Shown in pieces: positions 33,991-44,892 of a stretch of 64,000 nucleotides of DNA; within the stretch, counting starts at the first letter, position 1; the number at the start of each line of letters is the position of its first letter. The notes under the pieces are model-generated. The model searched no databases and was not told where the DNA came from. It saw nothing but the letters and a program-made list of their open reading frames with translations. The translations under genes and the position numbers were made by a program. Origin of the DNA: an uncultured Gemmatimonadaceae bacterium (GTDB lineage Bacteria; Gemmatimonadota; Gemmatimonadetes; Gemmatimonadales; Gemmatimonadaceae); the NCBI GenBank assembly GCA_963817955.1, contig CAWFQK010000004.1, positions 736,001 through 800,000 of the forward strand, written 5' to 3'.

Positions 33991-34800
33991 ATGTCACCGT
34001 TTCACTATCGTGACGACGAGTCGTCATCCACGAGTACCGTTCTCGGCGTACTGGCTGGTGCAGTGGCCGGCTTTGCCGTTGGTATGCTGGTGGCGCAGCG
34101 GGTGGGCGGCTTCAGCGGTTTAACGTCCAAGCTGCGCAAGCGCGGGACGGGCGCCGCCGAGGCCTTCCGCGATCGCTACAACAATGCAGCCGGGCACGGG
34201 GAACACGACGACTTCGAGGACATCGAGGAGGACGAGCTCGAGTCCGAGGAGTATGACGAAAGCCTCGAAGAGCACGTGCTCGAGGCCTTCCGCAACGATC
34301 CCATCCTCGCTGAGCGTGCGATCGACATCGGTTCGATCGCCGACGGCGTGATCGAACTGGCCGGCTGGGTGGAAGACGAGGACGAGTCGCAGCATGCCGT
34401 CACGATCGCCCGCGGAGTACCGGGCGTTGTCACCGTGGTGAATCGCATTGCCCTTGGCGCCGAAGAGGACCGCTTCGCCGAGACGGCGCGGCGTTTCCGT
34501 GACGGTGATCCGGCGCTCAACGAGACGCGCTGGGAAGGCGGCGGGATCGGCACCGGCCGTCGCCGGCAGGGGACGTCGGATGAACCCGGACGTCATGCTG
34601 ATCCAAAGAACGACCTGGAAGAGCGCTGGCAGCGCACGGATGCCGCCCTACGCGACGCGGCCGATGATACGGCAGGAACGGCCGAGCGCCGAGCGCGCTC
34701 GAAGCGCACCGCACGTGGAGATCGCACCAGCGGGTCAGCCGAGGGGCCGACGGGCGTACCGAAAGGCGATCATGTAGACTACCCGCTCGACGACCGCTGA
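33991..34800 (+). CDS. BON domain membrane protein
   Basis: N-terminal TM helix, acidic linker, 'DGVIELAGWV...ARGVPGVVTVVNRI'. Confidence 0.8.
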   Translation: MSPFHYRDDESSSTSTVLGVLAGAVAGFAVGMLVAQRVGGFSGLTSKLRKRGTGAAEAFRDRYNNAAGHGEHDDFEDIEEDELESEEYDESLEEHVLEAFRNDPILAERAIDIGSIADGVIELAGWVEDEDESQHAVTIARGVPGVVTVVNRIALGAEEDRFAETARRFRDGDPALNETRWEGGGIGTGRRRQGTSDEPGRHADPKNDLEERWQRTDAALRDAADDTAGTAERRARSKRTARGDRTSGSAEGPTGVPKGDHVDYPLDDR

Positions 34801-34964
34801 GACCGAGGCGGCGCGCCGAGAGAGCAGAACGATCGGTTGTAGATTCGACGCAGGCGAACATCATACTATAGAGACGGTAGGGCGGCAACGCTTCTACCGT
34901 CTTTCTTCTTTGCAGGCCAGTGCCCTACCGCAGTGCCTCCCCAAGGCCTTACTGTCTCCTCACG

Positions 34965-36560
34965 ATGAAACGCTTCCCTGCCCGCTGGGTTCCGGCGCTG
35001 CTCCTCCTGATAGCCGTCCCCACCCGTTCGCGGGCGCAGGCCACTCGCCCTGATGCGGTGTACGGCTCGCGCTACTTGTCGATGGAGAACTGGGCCTACG
35101 ACGCGATCACCCAACTGCGCCGCCGCGGGTTGTTGTCGTCGCTCGATCCGCTGGCGCAGCCGTATCATCGCATGGACGTGGCGCGTGCCGTCGCCGCATT
35201 GAATCCCGACACCCTGCAACAGCCTGTATCACAGTGGGTACGGCTCCTCCGCGACGAGCTCGCACCGGAGTTCGCGCGGCTCGCCGGACGCGACTCATTG
35301 ATAGCAGGCTACGAAGCGATCGGCGGCATCACGAGCTCCACGAGCCGCAGTCTCGACCCGTTGCTCCCGTGGCGGCATCCCGATGAGGGCACACACTTCA
35401 CCAACCGGGCATGGACGAACTATGGCCTCGGCGGGTGGTTCGAGTTGGGACGACTCAGCGGTGAGACACGCTTGTTCGAGGATTGGTATCTGAAGCACGG
35501 CGGCAACGGCGACCCGCTCGGCCGCGATCCAGGTGGCATTGCGTTCGTGAACAAGACCGACAATGCCTACCTCGAGGCCGCGTTCTCGCACGGTGATGTG
35601 TTCATTGGTCGAATGAAGCGGAACTGGGGACCGCTGGGGACTGGCGGTCTGATGGTATCCGACAACCCGACGGCGTACCCACAGGTCGGCTTCGATCTGA
35701 AGGCCGGGCGCGTCTCCTATCGATTCTTTCTCGGGGAGCTCGACACGCTGGCCGGAACGCTCGCCGGAACGCCGCGCCAGGAGTGGAACCGGTTTTTCGT
35801 CGCGCACGAGTTGGAATACCGGACGCCGAATTTTGGTATCTCGATCGGCGAGTCTGACCTGTACGCGGCGTCGTACCCGTTGATCAACACGTTCAATCCG
35901 ATGGAGCTGTTCTTCTTCCAGCAAGACATCGTGCCGCAGCAGGCGACCAGCAACACCGAGCTCAATGGAAAGCTGTGGATCCAGCGCGGGCCGCTGCTGC
36001 TGTACGGCGAAACCATGCTCGATGACATCCACGTGGACAACACAGCTCCGGTGCGGGCCGCGATCTCCGGCGGCGCGCAGTATGTTGCCGCGCCGTGGAT
36101 GGAGCTCGGCGGCGACTTGCGCGTCGTCACGTCGCTCACCTATTGGACGACGCATTCCACCGATCAGTGGGACTTCTACTATCGCGGTCTCGGCGATCCG
36201 TTCTCCGACTACGTTCGCGCCACCATGCGCGCGTCACTGTATCCGCACATTACCGGCCTCCGCCTCACGCCCATGCTCGTGCTGCAGGCCAAGGGAGAGG
36301 GCGACTATCGCACGACGGTCATCCCGACGGATTCAGCGTTTCGTCATACCAAGAACCTGTTTCTCGGCGTGCGGGAGAATACTACACGACTCGCGCTGGC
36401 CGGCCGATACCAGCCGACACGCTCGTGGTTTCTCGACTGGGACGGTGGTCTGAACTTCGTCACCAACGCCAACCACGTCGTCGGCAACAAGATCAGCGAG
36501 TTCCAGGGCGTTGTCCGCTTCGGCGTCACGCTCACGGGTCCGCGTGTCGGAACACCTTAG
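34965..36560 (+). CDS. outer-membrane beta-barrel protein, capsule assembly Wzi-like
   Basis: Signal peptide, 'GRMKRNWGP..GGLMVSDN' Wzi-like motif, 'YGETMLDD'. Confidence 0.55.
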   Translation: MKRFPARWVPALLLLIAVPTRSRAQATRPDAVYGSRYLSMENWAYDAITQLRRRGLLSSLDPLAQPYHRMDVARAVAALNPDTLQQPVSQWVRLLRDELAPEFARLAGRDSLIAGYEAIGGITSSTSRSLDPLLPWRHPDEGTHFTNRAWTNYGLGGWFELGRLSGETRLFEDWYLKHGGNGDPLGRDPGGIAFVNKTDNAYLEAAFSHGDVFIGRMKRNWGPLGTGGLMVSDNPTAYPQVGFDLKAGRVSYRFFLGELDTLAGTLAGTPRQEWNRFFVAHELEYRTPNFGISIGESDLYAASYPLINTFNPMELFFFQQDIVPQQATSNTELNGKLWIQRGPLLLYGETMLDDIHVDNTAPVRAAISGGAQYVAAPWMELGGDLRVVTSLTYWTTHSTDQWDFYYRGLGDPFSDYVRATMRASLYPHITGLRLTPMLVLQAKGEGDYRTTVIPTDSAFRHTKNLFLGVRENTTRLALAGRYQPTRSWFLDWDGGLNFVTNANHVVGNKISEFQGVVRFGVTLTGPRVGTP

Positions 36561-38028
36561 CGCACGAGCCGCCGTCGTACGGCCGCGACTGCCCGTCGTT
36601 CGGCTGGCGTGGGCGCAGGTGGCGTGGCTCGTCGCGCTCGCGGTGCTGTGGACTGGCGGCATGTTCCGACTGCCGCTCGATGCCGACTACACGTCGGGAG
36701 AGCTTCTCGACCACCTGATGTCCTGGCGGAGTACCGGCGTTCTGTACTCCGATCCGTCCGTCGCGCCGTACCGCGTGTTGAACTATCCACCGCTGTTTCT
36801 CGCGCTGGCACGCGGCCTGTGGGCCCTCGGCATTCCTCCGCTGTTCGCGGCGCGACTCCTGGGAACGCTCGGCGTCGCGGCGGCGCTCGCGGTGGTCTAT
36901 CGCTGGCTGCGCCAGGTGGACGTGCAACGGGAGATTGCACTGGGTGTCGTCGCGCTCGCAGCGGCCAGTCTGCCGATCGTGCATCTGACGGGACAGTTCC
37001 ATCTCGAGGGGCTGGCGGTCGCCACGACGGCGGCGGGCTTCTACTGTGCACAGCGCCGCACGCCGCGGACCGATCTCATCGCGGGAACGCTGCTTGGTGT
37101 CGCCTGCCTCACGAAGCAATCCCAAGTCGCGCTCACACTCGTGGCACTCGCCTGGGTCCTGACCGACCGCGGCGTGCGCGGCTGGCGCGTGCTCACCACG
37201 TATGCGGTCACCGGAGCCGTCGGCTGTACCCTCATTACCGGCATCTTCGGCATGGAGGCGTGGCGTCACATGCTGACGTACACCGTCGGCACCTTCTCCC
37301 TGGCCCAACTGGGCATGCAGCTCGCGTCACACGCACTACCGTGGATCGTCTTTGCCGCGGTGGCATTCAGCGAGGCCTTCCATCGGCCGGCCAACCGCCG
37401 CGACGCGCGCACCTGGTATCTTGCGGGCACCACAGTGTGGCTGCTCTCCTCAGCGCGCGTCGGCGCCAGCTACACGTACTTCCTGGACTGGCAGCTCGCG
37501 GTGATGCTCTGGGTTGGCCCGGCGGTGCAGCGTTGGCTGGCCGAGCGTGGCGTGCCCGAACGGCGCAGATGGCGATGGGCCGTCGGGGCGGCGTTCGCCG
37601 TTCAGGTGTTGTTCGCGGACGTGATCGTGGGCGGGATTCTCGGTTACGACTTGCGGGTGGCACAGGCCGGGGCGGCAACGCTCGCGACAATGTGCGCGGC
37701 AGTCCCGCCCGCGCCCGAGCTGACCGTCTCGGAATCGCCAGGCCTCGTTCGCGCCTGCGGGGGGCTGCCGGCGCTACACCCGTTCATCATCAGCAACCTC
37801 ACGGCGCGTGGACTGTGGAACGAGACCACGTTCGTACAGGACCTGACCAATGCGCGGTATGCGACGGTCGTGTTGCCCTTCGACCCGGCTTTCGAGGCCC
37901 GAGGGGTGCACGCGGAGCGTTGGACGCCGGCCATGATCGCCGCCATTCGCCAGGGCTACCAAGGGAGCACCATCGGGAGCTGGTGGGTGGGTGAGAGGTC
38001 CCGGGTCCGCCCGGCGGCCCTTCGTTGA
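36550..38028 (+). CDS. multi-pass GT-C-fold glycosyltransferase-like membrane protein
   Basis: 'NYPPLF..L', 'ACLTKQ' and many TM helices. Start position uncertain. Confidence 0.6.
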   Translation, partial: EHLSARAAVVRPRLPVVRLAWAQVAWLVALAVLWTGGMFRLPLDADYTSGELLDHLMSWRSTGVLYSDPSVAPYRVLNYPPLFLALARGLWALGIPPLFAARLLGTLGVAAALAVVYRWLRQVDVQREIALGVVALAAASLPIVHLTGQFHLEGLAVATTAAGFYCAQRRTPRTDLIAGTLLGVACLTKQSQVALTLVALAWVLTDRGVRGWRVLTTYAVTGAVGCTLITGIFGMEAWRHMLTYTVGTFSLAQLGMQLASHALPWIVFAAVAFSEAFHRPANRRDARTWYLAGTTVWLLSSARVGASYTYFLDWQLAVMLWVGPAVQRWLAERGVPERRRWRWAVGAAFAVQVLFADVIVGGILGYDLRVAQAGAATLATMCAAVPPAPELTVSESPGLVRACGGLPALHPFIISNLTARGLWNETTFVQDLTNARYATVVLPFDPAFEARGVHAERWTPAMIAAIRQGYQGSTIGSWWVGERSRVRPAALR

Positions 38029-38043
38029 TATCTTTATAGACCT

Positions 38044-40821
38044 ATGACTCTTCCCGATCGCTACGACTTCGCGTCGACCGAATCCGAGATCTACCGCGCC
38101 TGGGTGGGCGCGGGCTGCTTCGATGCATGTGCTAGCGAGTCAACACGTGCAGGGGGCATGCAGGAGCCGTTCACGATTGTCATGCCGCCGCCGAACGTGA
38201 CGGCCATTCTGCATGTCGGTCACGGCTTGAACAACGCGATTCAGGACGTGATCATGCGGTGGGCGCGCATGCGCGGCGCCGAGGCGCTGTGGGTTCCTGG
38301 CACCGACCACGCGGGGATCGCGACACAGAACGTCGTCGAGAAACTGGTCGCCGGCGAAGGCAAGACGCGTTTCGACCTCGGGCGCGAGGCGTTTGTGCGC
38401 CGAACCGAAGCATTCGTCGCCGAAACGGGCGGTACGATTCTCAGCCAACTGCGCGCGATCGGCGCATCGGCCGACTGGTCGCGCACGGCGTACACGCTCT
38501 CTCCCGAGCTGTCGCGCGCCGTGCGCGAGGCGTTCGTACGCTTGTTCGAACGCGGGCTGATCTATCGCGGCTACCGTGTGATCCACTGGTGTCCGCGCTG
38601 TCTCACCTCGTTGAGCGATGAGGAAGCAGAGTTCAACGACGAGACTGGTAAGCTGTACCATATCGGATATCGGGTCGCCGGTCGCGGCGATCTCTTGACG
38701 ATTGCAACGACTCGGCCGGAAACGATGCTCGCCGACGTCGCGGTGGCGGTGAATCCCGAGGACCCGCGCTACCGGCATCTCGTGGGAGCGCACGTGATAC
38801 TGCCGATCGTGAATCGCGAGATTCCGATCATCGCCGACGACTACGCAGACCCGGCGTTCGGCACGGGCGTGGTGAAGATCACGCCGGCGCACGACGCCAA
38901 CGACTTCGAGGTGGGCAAGCGCCATTCGCTCGCCATGCCGATCGTGATCGACGAACACGGCGCATTGCATGAAGTGAAGGATGCCGGCGGACGCGTGCCG
39001 GCGGAGCTCGACGGTCTCGATCGCTTCGAGGCGCGCGAGCGCATCGTGAAACTGCTCGAGGAAAGTGGCGCGCTCCAGAAGATTGAAACGCACCAGCACT
39101 CGGTGCGCCATTGCTATCGCTGCGATACAGTCGTGGAGCCGCGGCTATCCGATCAGTGGTTCGTATCGATGGAGCCGCTCGCCCGCCCCGCGCTGCAGGC
39201 GGTGCGCGAGGGCGCCATTCGTATTCTGCCCGAACGGTGGGAAGCCGTCTACGTCAATTGGCTCACCAACATTCGCGACTGGAACATCTCGCGCCAGTTG
39301 TGGTGGGGGCACCGCGTGCCGGTGTGGTACTGTGACGAGTGCGATCCGCCGCAGAACGTCATCGCCAGCCGCGAAGACCTCACGGAGTGCCCCTATTGCG
39401 GTTGCCCCGTGCGGCAGGACGAGGACGTGCTCGACACCTGGTTCTCCTCGTGGCTCTGGCCGATCTCCACGCTCGGTTGGCCGAACGAGCAGTCGCCGGA
39501 CCTCGCCGCATTCTACCCGACGGACACGCTCGTCACCGCGCCCGAGATCCTGTTCTTCTGGGTCGCGCGGATGATCATGGCCGGCTACGAGTTCATGGGC
39601 CGCGCCCCATATCACACGGTGTACCTGCACGGCACGGCGCGCGACACGCAGCATCGTAAGATGTCGAAGTCACTCGGCAACGGCATCGACCCGCTCGACG
39701 TGGTCAAGCTGTACGGTGCCGACGCCCTTCGGTGGACGCTCATTGCCGGCATGGGAATGGGCGCCGACGTCATTCTCGATCCGGACGACCTGGACAAGTC
39801 GTTCGCCACGGGCCGCAACTTCAACACGAAGCTGTGGAACATTGGCCGCTTCCTGCTCGATCGCGTCGGCACCGATCCGGTGCAGCGTGTCGATAAGCTC
39901 GACCGTGCGTCGCTCACCCGCGCCGACGCCTGGATTCTGGCGCGCCTCGATACCGCGATCGAGGAGTGTGACCGCGCGCTCGGCCCGCTCCGGCCGACGC
40001 AGCCGCACGAGTCTCCGGATGGCCGCGTGTGGACGGACGCCGAGCGGTACGCCGGCCTCCGCCTGAACGAATACGCCGAAGCGGCGCGCCGCTTCGTGTG
40101 GAACGAACTCGCAGACTGGTATCTGGAATCTGTAAAGGCGCGGCTCGAGGTTCCCGGCGCCGATCGCGAGGTGGCCCGTGCCGTGCTCGTACACGCCTTC
40201 GACCAAGCGCTTCGCCTGCTGCATCCCGTGGTGCCGTTCATCACCGAATCGCTCTGGCAGCGGCTGCCTGGGCACGAGGTCGATACGTTTCTCGTGCGGG
40301 CGCTGTGGCCCGACGCCTCCGGTGCGGTCTCGTTTGAGGCGGCACAGGAATTCGAGCAGGTGCGCGACGCCGTCCTCGCCATTCGCCAGATTCGCGGCGA
40401 CAACGCCGTGGCGCCCGGCAAAGTGATCGAAGCGCTCGTGCGGCCCACGACCAACGTCGAACAGGTTGCTCGCCTCTTCCAGGCCGAAGCCGCTACGATC
40501 GGTCGGCTCTCGCGCGCCGACGTGCGCGTGGTGGACGCTGCCCCGGCGGGCGCCGCGGCACACGCGGTGATCGGCGGCGGCACGGAGATCATCGTGCCAC
40601 TCGGCGGTTTGATCGACGTCGAGACGGAATGTGCGCGACTGCGACTGGATATCGCCGAGATGGATAAGCAGATCACGTCGCGCGAAGGACGCCTCGACAA
40701 TCCCAAGTACGTCGAGCGCGCTCCGGCGCAGGTGGTGGCGAACGATCGCGCCATACTCGCCGAGATGCAGTCGAAACGAGCACAACTCGTGGACAAGGTG
40801 AGGGCGCTGTGCGGCGCCTGA
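38044..40821 (+). CDS. valS: valine--tRNA ligase
   Basis: 'PPPNVT..LHVGH', 'GTDHAGIATQ', 'ISRQLWWGH', 'KMSKSLGN'. Confidence 0.98.
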   Translation: MTLPDRYDFASTESEIYRAWVGAGCFDACASESTRAGGMQEPFTIVMPPPNVTAILHVGHGLNNAIQDVIMRWARMRGAEALWVPGTDHAGIATQNVVEKLVAGEGKTRFDLGREAFVRRTEAFVAETGGTILSQLRAIGASADWSRTAYTLSPELSRAVREAFVRLFERGLIYRGYRVIHWCPRCLTSLSDEEAEFNDETGKLYHIGYRVAGRGDLLTIATTRPETMLADVAVAVNPEDPRYRHLVGAHVILPIVNREIPIIADDYADPAFGTGVVKITPAHDANDFEVGKRHSLAMPIVIDEHGALHEVKDAGGRVPAELDGLDRFEARERIVKLLEESGALQKIETHQHSVRHCYRCDTVVEPRLSDQWFVSMEPLARPALQAVREGAIRILPERWEAVYVNWLTNIRDWNISRQLWWGHRVPVWYCDECDPPQNVIASREDLTECPYCGCPVRQDEDVLDTWFSSWLWPISTLGWPNEQSPDLAAFYPTDTLVTAPEILFFWVARMIMAGYEFMGRAPYHTVYLHGTARDTQHRKMSKSLGNGIDPLDVVKLYGADALRWTLIAGMGMGADVILDPDDLDKSFATGRNFNTKLWNIGRFLLDRVGTDPVQRVDKLDRASLTRADAWILARLDTAIEECDRALGPLRPTQPHESPDGRVWTDAERYAGLRLNEYAEAARRFVWNELADWYLESVKARLEVPGADREVARAVLVHAFDQALRLLHPVVPFITESLWQRLPGHEVDTFLVRALWPDASGAVSFEAAQEFEQVRDAVLAIRQIRGDNAVAPGKVIEALVRPTTNVEQVARLFQAEAATIGRLSRADVRVVDAAPAGAAAHAVIGGGTEIIVPLGGLIDVETECARLRLDIAEMDKQITSREGRLDNPKYVERAPAQVVANDRAILAEMQSKRAQLVDKVRALCGA

Positions 40822-42130
40822 TTGCGCTTCTCCTGATCGGCGGCTGCGCGTCCGCGGGCCCACCACCGGGCGGCGTCGAGCGACACACGCCCCCGGCGAT
40901 CGTGTCGATCTCGCCCGATTCCGGGGCGACCAATGTCAACATCAAGTCGGTGGAGTTCAAGTTCGACGAAGTCGTGAGCGATCGCCCGGCGGGAGCGGGA
41001 ACCGCGCTCGATCAGATCTTTCTCGTATCGCCGCGCAATGGTGCCGCGGATGTCGGCTGGCACCGCAGCCGCGTGACCGTGCGCCCCCGCAACGGGTTTC
41101 GGCCGAACACGGCGTATCGGATCACCATGTTGCCTGGCCTCGTCGACCTGCGCGGCAATGTCGTGAAAGAGGGCCGCACGATCGTCTTCTCGACAGGGCC
41201 GACGTTTCCGCCATTCAGCATTCCTGGCATCGTGTTCGACTGGGTGGCACAGCGTCCGGCCTCCGGCGCGTACATCGAAGCGGCATCGAAAGCCGATACG
41301 AGCATCGTCTACATTGGTGCCAGCGATAGCACCGGCCACTTCGACCTCGGTCCGCTGCCGGCAGGCACCTACCTCGTACACGCGCTCATCGACCAGAACG
41401 CCAACCGTACCATCGATCGCAACGAGAAGTGGGACAGCACCACCGTCACCATCACGAACGCGCGGAGCATGACTGAACTCGATGTCATCGAGCGCGACTC
41501 AGTGCCGGCGGTGATGGAGAACGTCGCGCGACTCGACAGTGTCACGATCCGGATCACCTTCGACAAACCGCTGGATCCGCATCTCGAATTCCAGCCGTCA
41601 CAGGTGACCATCAAGCGGGCCGACTCCACGACAGTCCCGGTGTTGCGCGTGCAGGGGGAGACCGCGTACGATCGTGCCCGGCAGGCCACAGACTCCGCGC
41701 GGCGGGCCGACTCGACGAAGGCGGCACAGAAACCCGACTCCGCGCGGCGGGCCGACACAACGAAGGTGGCTCCGCCTGCACCACCTGCGACCGCACCCGG
41801 CGGACGTCGTGCACCGCCGCCACCGCCCAAGCCGAGCACGCCGCCACCGGATCGCGCGATCATCGTCACCGTCGCACCGACGACGCCGTTCGTGGTCGGC
41901 GTCACGTATCGCATTACCGCCAACAGCATGCGGAACCTGGTCGGACATGCGCGCGAGTCCTCGCGCTTGTTCACGGTGCCGAAACCGGCCCCGCCCAAAC
42001 CCGCGCCGGCCGATACCACTCGCCGGCCCCCGCCGATACCACTCGCCGGCCACCCGCCGACACGGCACGTCCGCCGGTGAAACCGCTGGCGAAACCGCTG
42101 GCGAAACCGCCGGCGAAGCCGCCGCGCTGA
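40809..42130 (+). CDS. Ig-like (Big_5) domain lipoprotein with Pro-rich tail (probable 1-nt indel near 42030)
   Basis: Lipobox 'IGGC', 'PPPGG..TPPAIV..SP..GA', 'FDEVV'. Restoring the frame gives a tail PVKPLAKPLAKPPAKPPR ending at 42130. Confidence 0.75.
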
Positions 42131-42134
42131 TCGC

Positions 42135-43490
42135 ATGGGCGACGCGCGACGCGCTCTGCCGAGCGTGAGCTCACTCCTCGAGAGCGACGCCGTACGTCCG
42201 CTGCTCGAACGTGCACCACGCAGCGTGGTCGTCGACGCCATCCGTCACGCCATCGACGCAGCGCGCGCCTCACCCGGCGACGCACCGCAAGATGAACAAA
42301 CGTGGGCGACCCTGGTCGCCACCGCGGTTGCGAGCGCCACGACCCCGTCGCTCCGGCCCGTGCTCAACGGAACCGGTGTGGTGCTGCACACCAACCTGGG
42401 GCGCGCGCCTCTCGCGCCGGCGGCAATCGATGCGGTGGTGCGCGTGGCCACCGGCTTCTCGAATCTCGAGTACGATCTCGAGACCGGCGAGCGTGGATCC
42501 CGGTACACACACTGCGCCGCGCTGCTGCGGGAGCTTACTGGCGCCGAGGACGCGCTGGTCGTCAACAATGGCGCGGCAGCGCTGGTCCTGTCACTCAACA
42601 CGCTTGCCGAGCAGCGAGAGGCAATCATCTCGCGCGGCGAGCTCGTCGAGATCGGCGGCAGCTTTCGCATTCCCGATATCATGACAAAGAGCGGCGTGCG
42701 GCTGATAGAAGTCGGCACCACGAACCGCACGCACGTCGACGACTACCGCCAGGCGCTCGGCGCCGACACGGGCATGATCGTCAAGGTGCACCGGAGCAAC
42801 TTCGCGGTCACCGGATTCGTGGCCGAGGTGTCTGCCGCAGATCTGGCGCAACTGGCATTCGACCGCGGGGTGCCGTTCCTGCACGATCTCGGCAGCGGCC
42901 TCCTTCTGTCGCTCGCGGACTATGGTCTCGCCGGCGAGCCAACTGCGCGCGAGGCCATTCGGGATACGGGAGGCCGCGCCATCGTGACGATGAGCGGAGA
43001 CAAGTTGCTCGGCGGCCCCCAGGCTGGAATCCTGCTCGGACCGCGCGACGCGATCGCGCGCATCCGCGCGAATCCGCTCACGCGGTCCTATCGCGTCGAC
43101 AAGCTGACGCTCGCCGCGCTCGAGGCAACTCTGGCGCTGTACCGTACGCCGGCGCGTGCCCTGACGGAGATTCCCGCGCTCGCACAGCTCACGGTTTCCG
43201 TGGACGTACTGCGTGCGCGAGCGGAGCGTCTCCGCGCCTTGATCGGCCACGCGGTCGACGTGGTCGAAAGCAACGCGAGCGTAGGAGGTGGCGCGTTTCC
43301 AACGGCGCGCATCCCGTCCATCGCGCTGGCCGTTGCCGGCCACGCAGACACCATCGAGCGCCGCCTCCGCGCGGGCCATCCACCTCTCGTCGCCCGAGTG
43401 ACAGACGGTCGCGTCTTGATCGATCTGCGGACGATCTCCCCTTCGGACGATTCCCTGGTCGCCGCTGCAATTCAGGCGGCAATCGAGTGA
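42135..43490 (+). CDS. selA: L-seryl-tRNA(Sec) selenium transferase
   Basis: 'NGTGVVLHTNLGRAPL', 'ELVEIGGSFRIPD', 'SGDKLLGGPQAG'. Confidence 0.95.
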   Translation: MGDARRALPSVSSLLESDAVRPLLERAPRSVVVDAIRHAIDAARASPGDAPQDEQTWATLVATAVASATTPSLRPVLNGTGVVLHTNLGRAPLAPAAIDAVVRVATGFSNLEYDLETGERGSRYTHCAALLRELTGAEDALVVNNGAAALVLSLNTLAEQREAIISRGELVEIGGSFRIPDIMTKSGVRLIEVGTTNRTHVDDYRQALGADTGMIVKVHRSNFAVTGFVAEVSAADLAQLAFDRGVPFLHDLGSGLLLSLADYGLAGEPTAREAIRDTGGRAIVTMSGDKLLGGPQAGILLGPRDAIARIRANPLTRSYRVDKLTLAALEATLALYRTPARALTEIPALAQLTVSVDVLRARAERLRALIGHAVDVVESNASVGGGAFPTARIPSIALAVAGHADTIERRLRAGHPPLVARVTDGRVLIDLRTISPSDDSLVAAAIQAAIE

Positions 43491-44059
43491 CGGGCCGGCC
43501 CGCGGCGTTCCTCGATCGCGATGGGACTATCATTCGCGACGCCGACTACCTGGCTGATTCCCGCGAAGTGGAGCTGTTGCCCGGCGCGGCCGACGCCATT
43601 CGCCGCCTGAACTCGGCAGGCGTCGCGGTCGTGGTGGTGACCAACCAATCCGGAATCGCGCGCGGATGGATCACGCGCGAGCAATACGACGCCGTCTGTC
43701 ACCGGCTGGAGTCGCTGCTCGCTGCGGAGGGCGCGACGCTCGACGCCACCTATATGTGCCCACACCATCCGGACATCACGGGTCCGTGCGATTGTCGGAA
43801 GCCTGGACTCGCGCTCTATCGACAGGCGATTGCCGAACACGGTCTCGATCCCGCCCAATCGGCTTTCATCGGCGACAGGTGGCGAGACGTTGCCCCCGCG
43901 GCCGCGTTCGGTGGGCTGGGTATTCTGTTGGATGTAGCGTCCACGCCGGACGAAGACCGGTCACGCGCCGACGCGAAGCACCTCGCGATATCAAAATCAC
44001 TCGCCGACGCCGTAGATCGTTACCTGGCCGAGCTTCCCGCACGGCGCCGTGAGCAATAA
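43487..44059 (+). CDS. gmhB: D,D-heptose 1,7-bisphosphate phosphatase (HAD IIIA)
   Basis: 'FLDRDGTI', 'VTNQSGIARG', 'CPHHP...CDCRKPG', 'IGDR'. Confidence 0.88.
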   Translation: MTGRPAAFLDRDGTIIRDADYLADSREVELLPGAADAIRRLNSAGVAVVVVTNQSGIARGWITREQYDAVCHRLESLLAAEGATLDATYMCPHHPDITGPCDCRKPGLALYRQAIAEHGLDPAQSAFIGDRWRDVAPAAAFGGLGILLDVASTPDEDRSRADAKHLAISKSLADAVDRYLAELPARRREQ

Positions 44060-44774
44060 GATCCGCGCGATGAGATCGCGTGTTGCCGTACTTGCGTCGG
44101 GAAGCGGTTCCAACCTTCAGGCCATCCTGGAGCATTTCGAGCGATTGGGTGACCGTCGCGGCGGCGATGTGGTGCTCGTCGCCAGCGATCGCGCCACGGC
44201 GGGCGCGCTCGACCGCGCGGCCCGCCACAATATTGCGACCGCCGTGCTACCGTCCGATGCACGGCCCGCCGCCCGCCCGCTGAGCGAGTTGGTCGGCGAC
44301 TACGATGTGGATCTCATCGTGCTGGCCGGGTACCTCAAGCTGGTACCTCCGGAAATCGTCGCGGCGTATGAAGGCCGAATGGTGAATGTTCATCCATCCC
44401 TGCTCCCGGCGTTCGGCGGGCCTGGAATGTACGGGCAGCGCGTGCATCGGGCAGTCCTCGAGGCAGGCACGCGGGTGAGCGGGGTCACCGCGCATTTCGT
44501 GAACGACGTGTACGACCGCGGGCACATCATTGCGCAGTGGCCGGTGCCGGTGTTTCCCAATGACGACGCTGCGACGCTCGGCGCGCGGGTGCTGCGCGTG
44601 GAACACCTGTTGTACCCGCGCGTCGTCGATGCCGTTGCCGCGGGCCGGACGACGCTGTCGAATTGTGCCATGGTCGGCAGCAGGCTGGTGGTGGACGCCC
44701 TCCCGTCGTTCACGCTTCTTCCGCATGAGGATTCTCGTCTTGCCGAGAACATCGAGCTCGCGCTGGGCTGTTGA
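44049..44774 (+). CDS. purN: phosphoribosylglycinamide formyltransferase
   Basis: 'ASGSGSNLQA', 'NVHPSLLP.FGG.G.YG..VH', 'YDRG'. Confidence 0.93.
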   Translation: MSNKIRAMRSRVAVLASGSGSNLQAILEHFERLGDRRGGDVVLVASDRATAGALDRAARHNIATAVLPSDARPAARPLSELVGDYDVDLIVLAGYLKLVPPEIVAAYEGRMVNVHPSLLPAFGGPGMYGQRVHRAVLEAGTRVSGVTAHFVNDVYDRGHIIAQWPVPVFPNDDAATLGARVLRVEHLLYPRVVDAVAAGRTTLSNCAMVGSRLVVDALPSFTLLPHEDSRLAENIELALGC

Positions 44775-44892
44775 GCTGAGCGTGGCGCTCGCCTGGCCGC
44801 TCCGGTTCAGATATTCACCCGCCGAAGTCATCGACCTTCGGGACCTTCGCTCGCTCACGCGCCCATAAATCCTCGCCCTCTTCCCATTCCCA

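Noticed and set aside
39612..41381. Long antisense ORFs (e.g. 39612-41381, 13680-15053, 54642-55964, 8076-8966)
   Set aside because: Shadow ORFs opposite well-supported genes, as expected in high-GC DNA.
42079..42124. Intergenic 12-bp tandem repeat (GAAACCGCTGGC) as a regulatory site
   Set aside because: It reads as the KPLA/KPPA Pro-rich tail of the Ig-like lipoprotein once a 1-nt indel in the C-run near 42030 is corrected.
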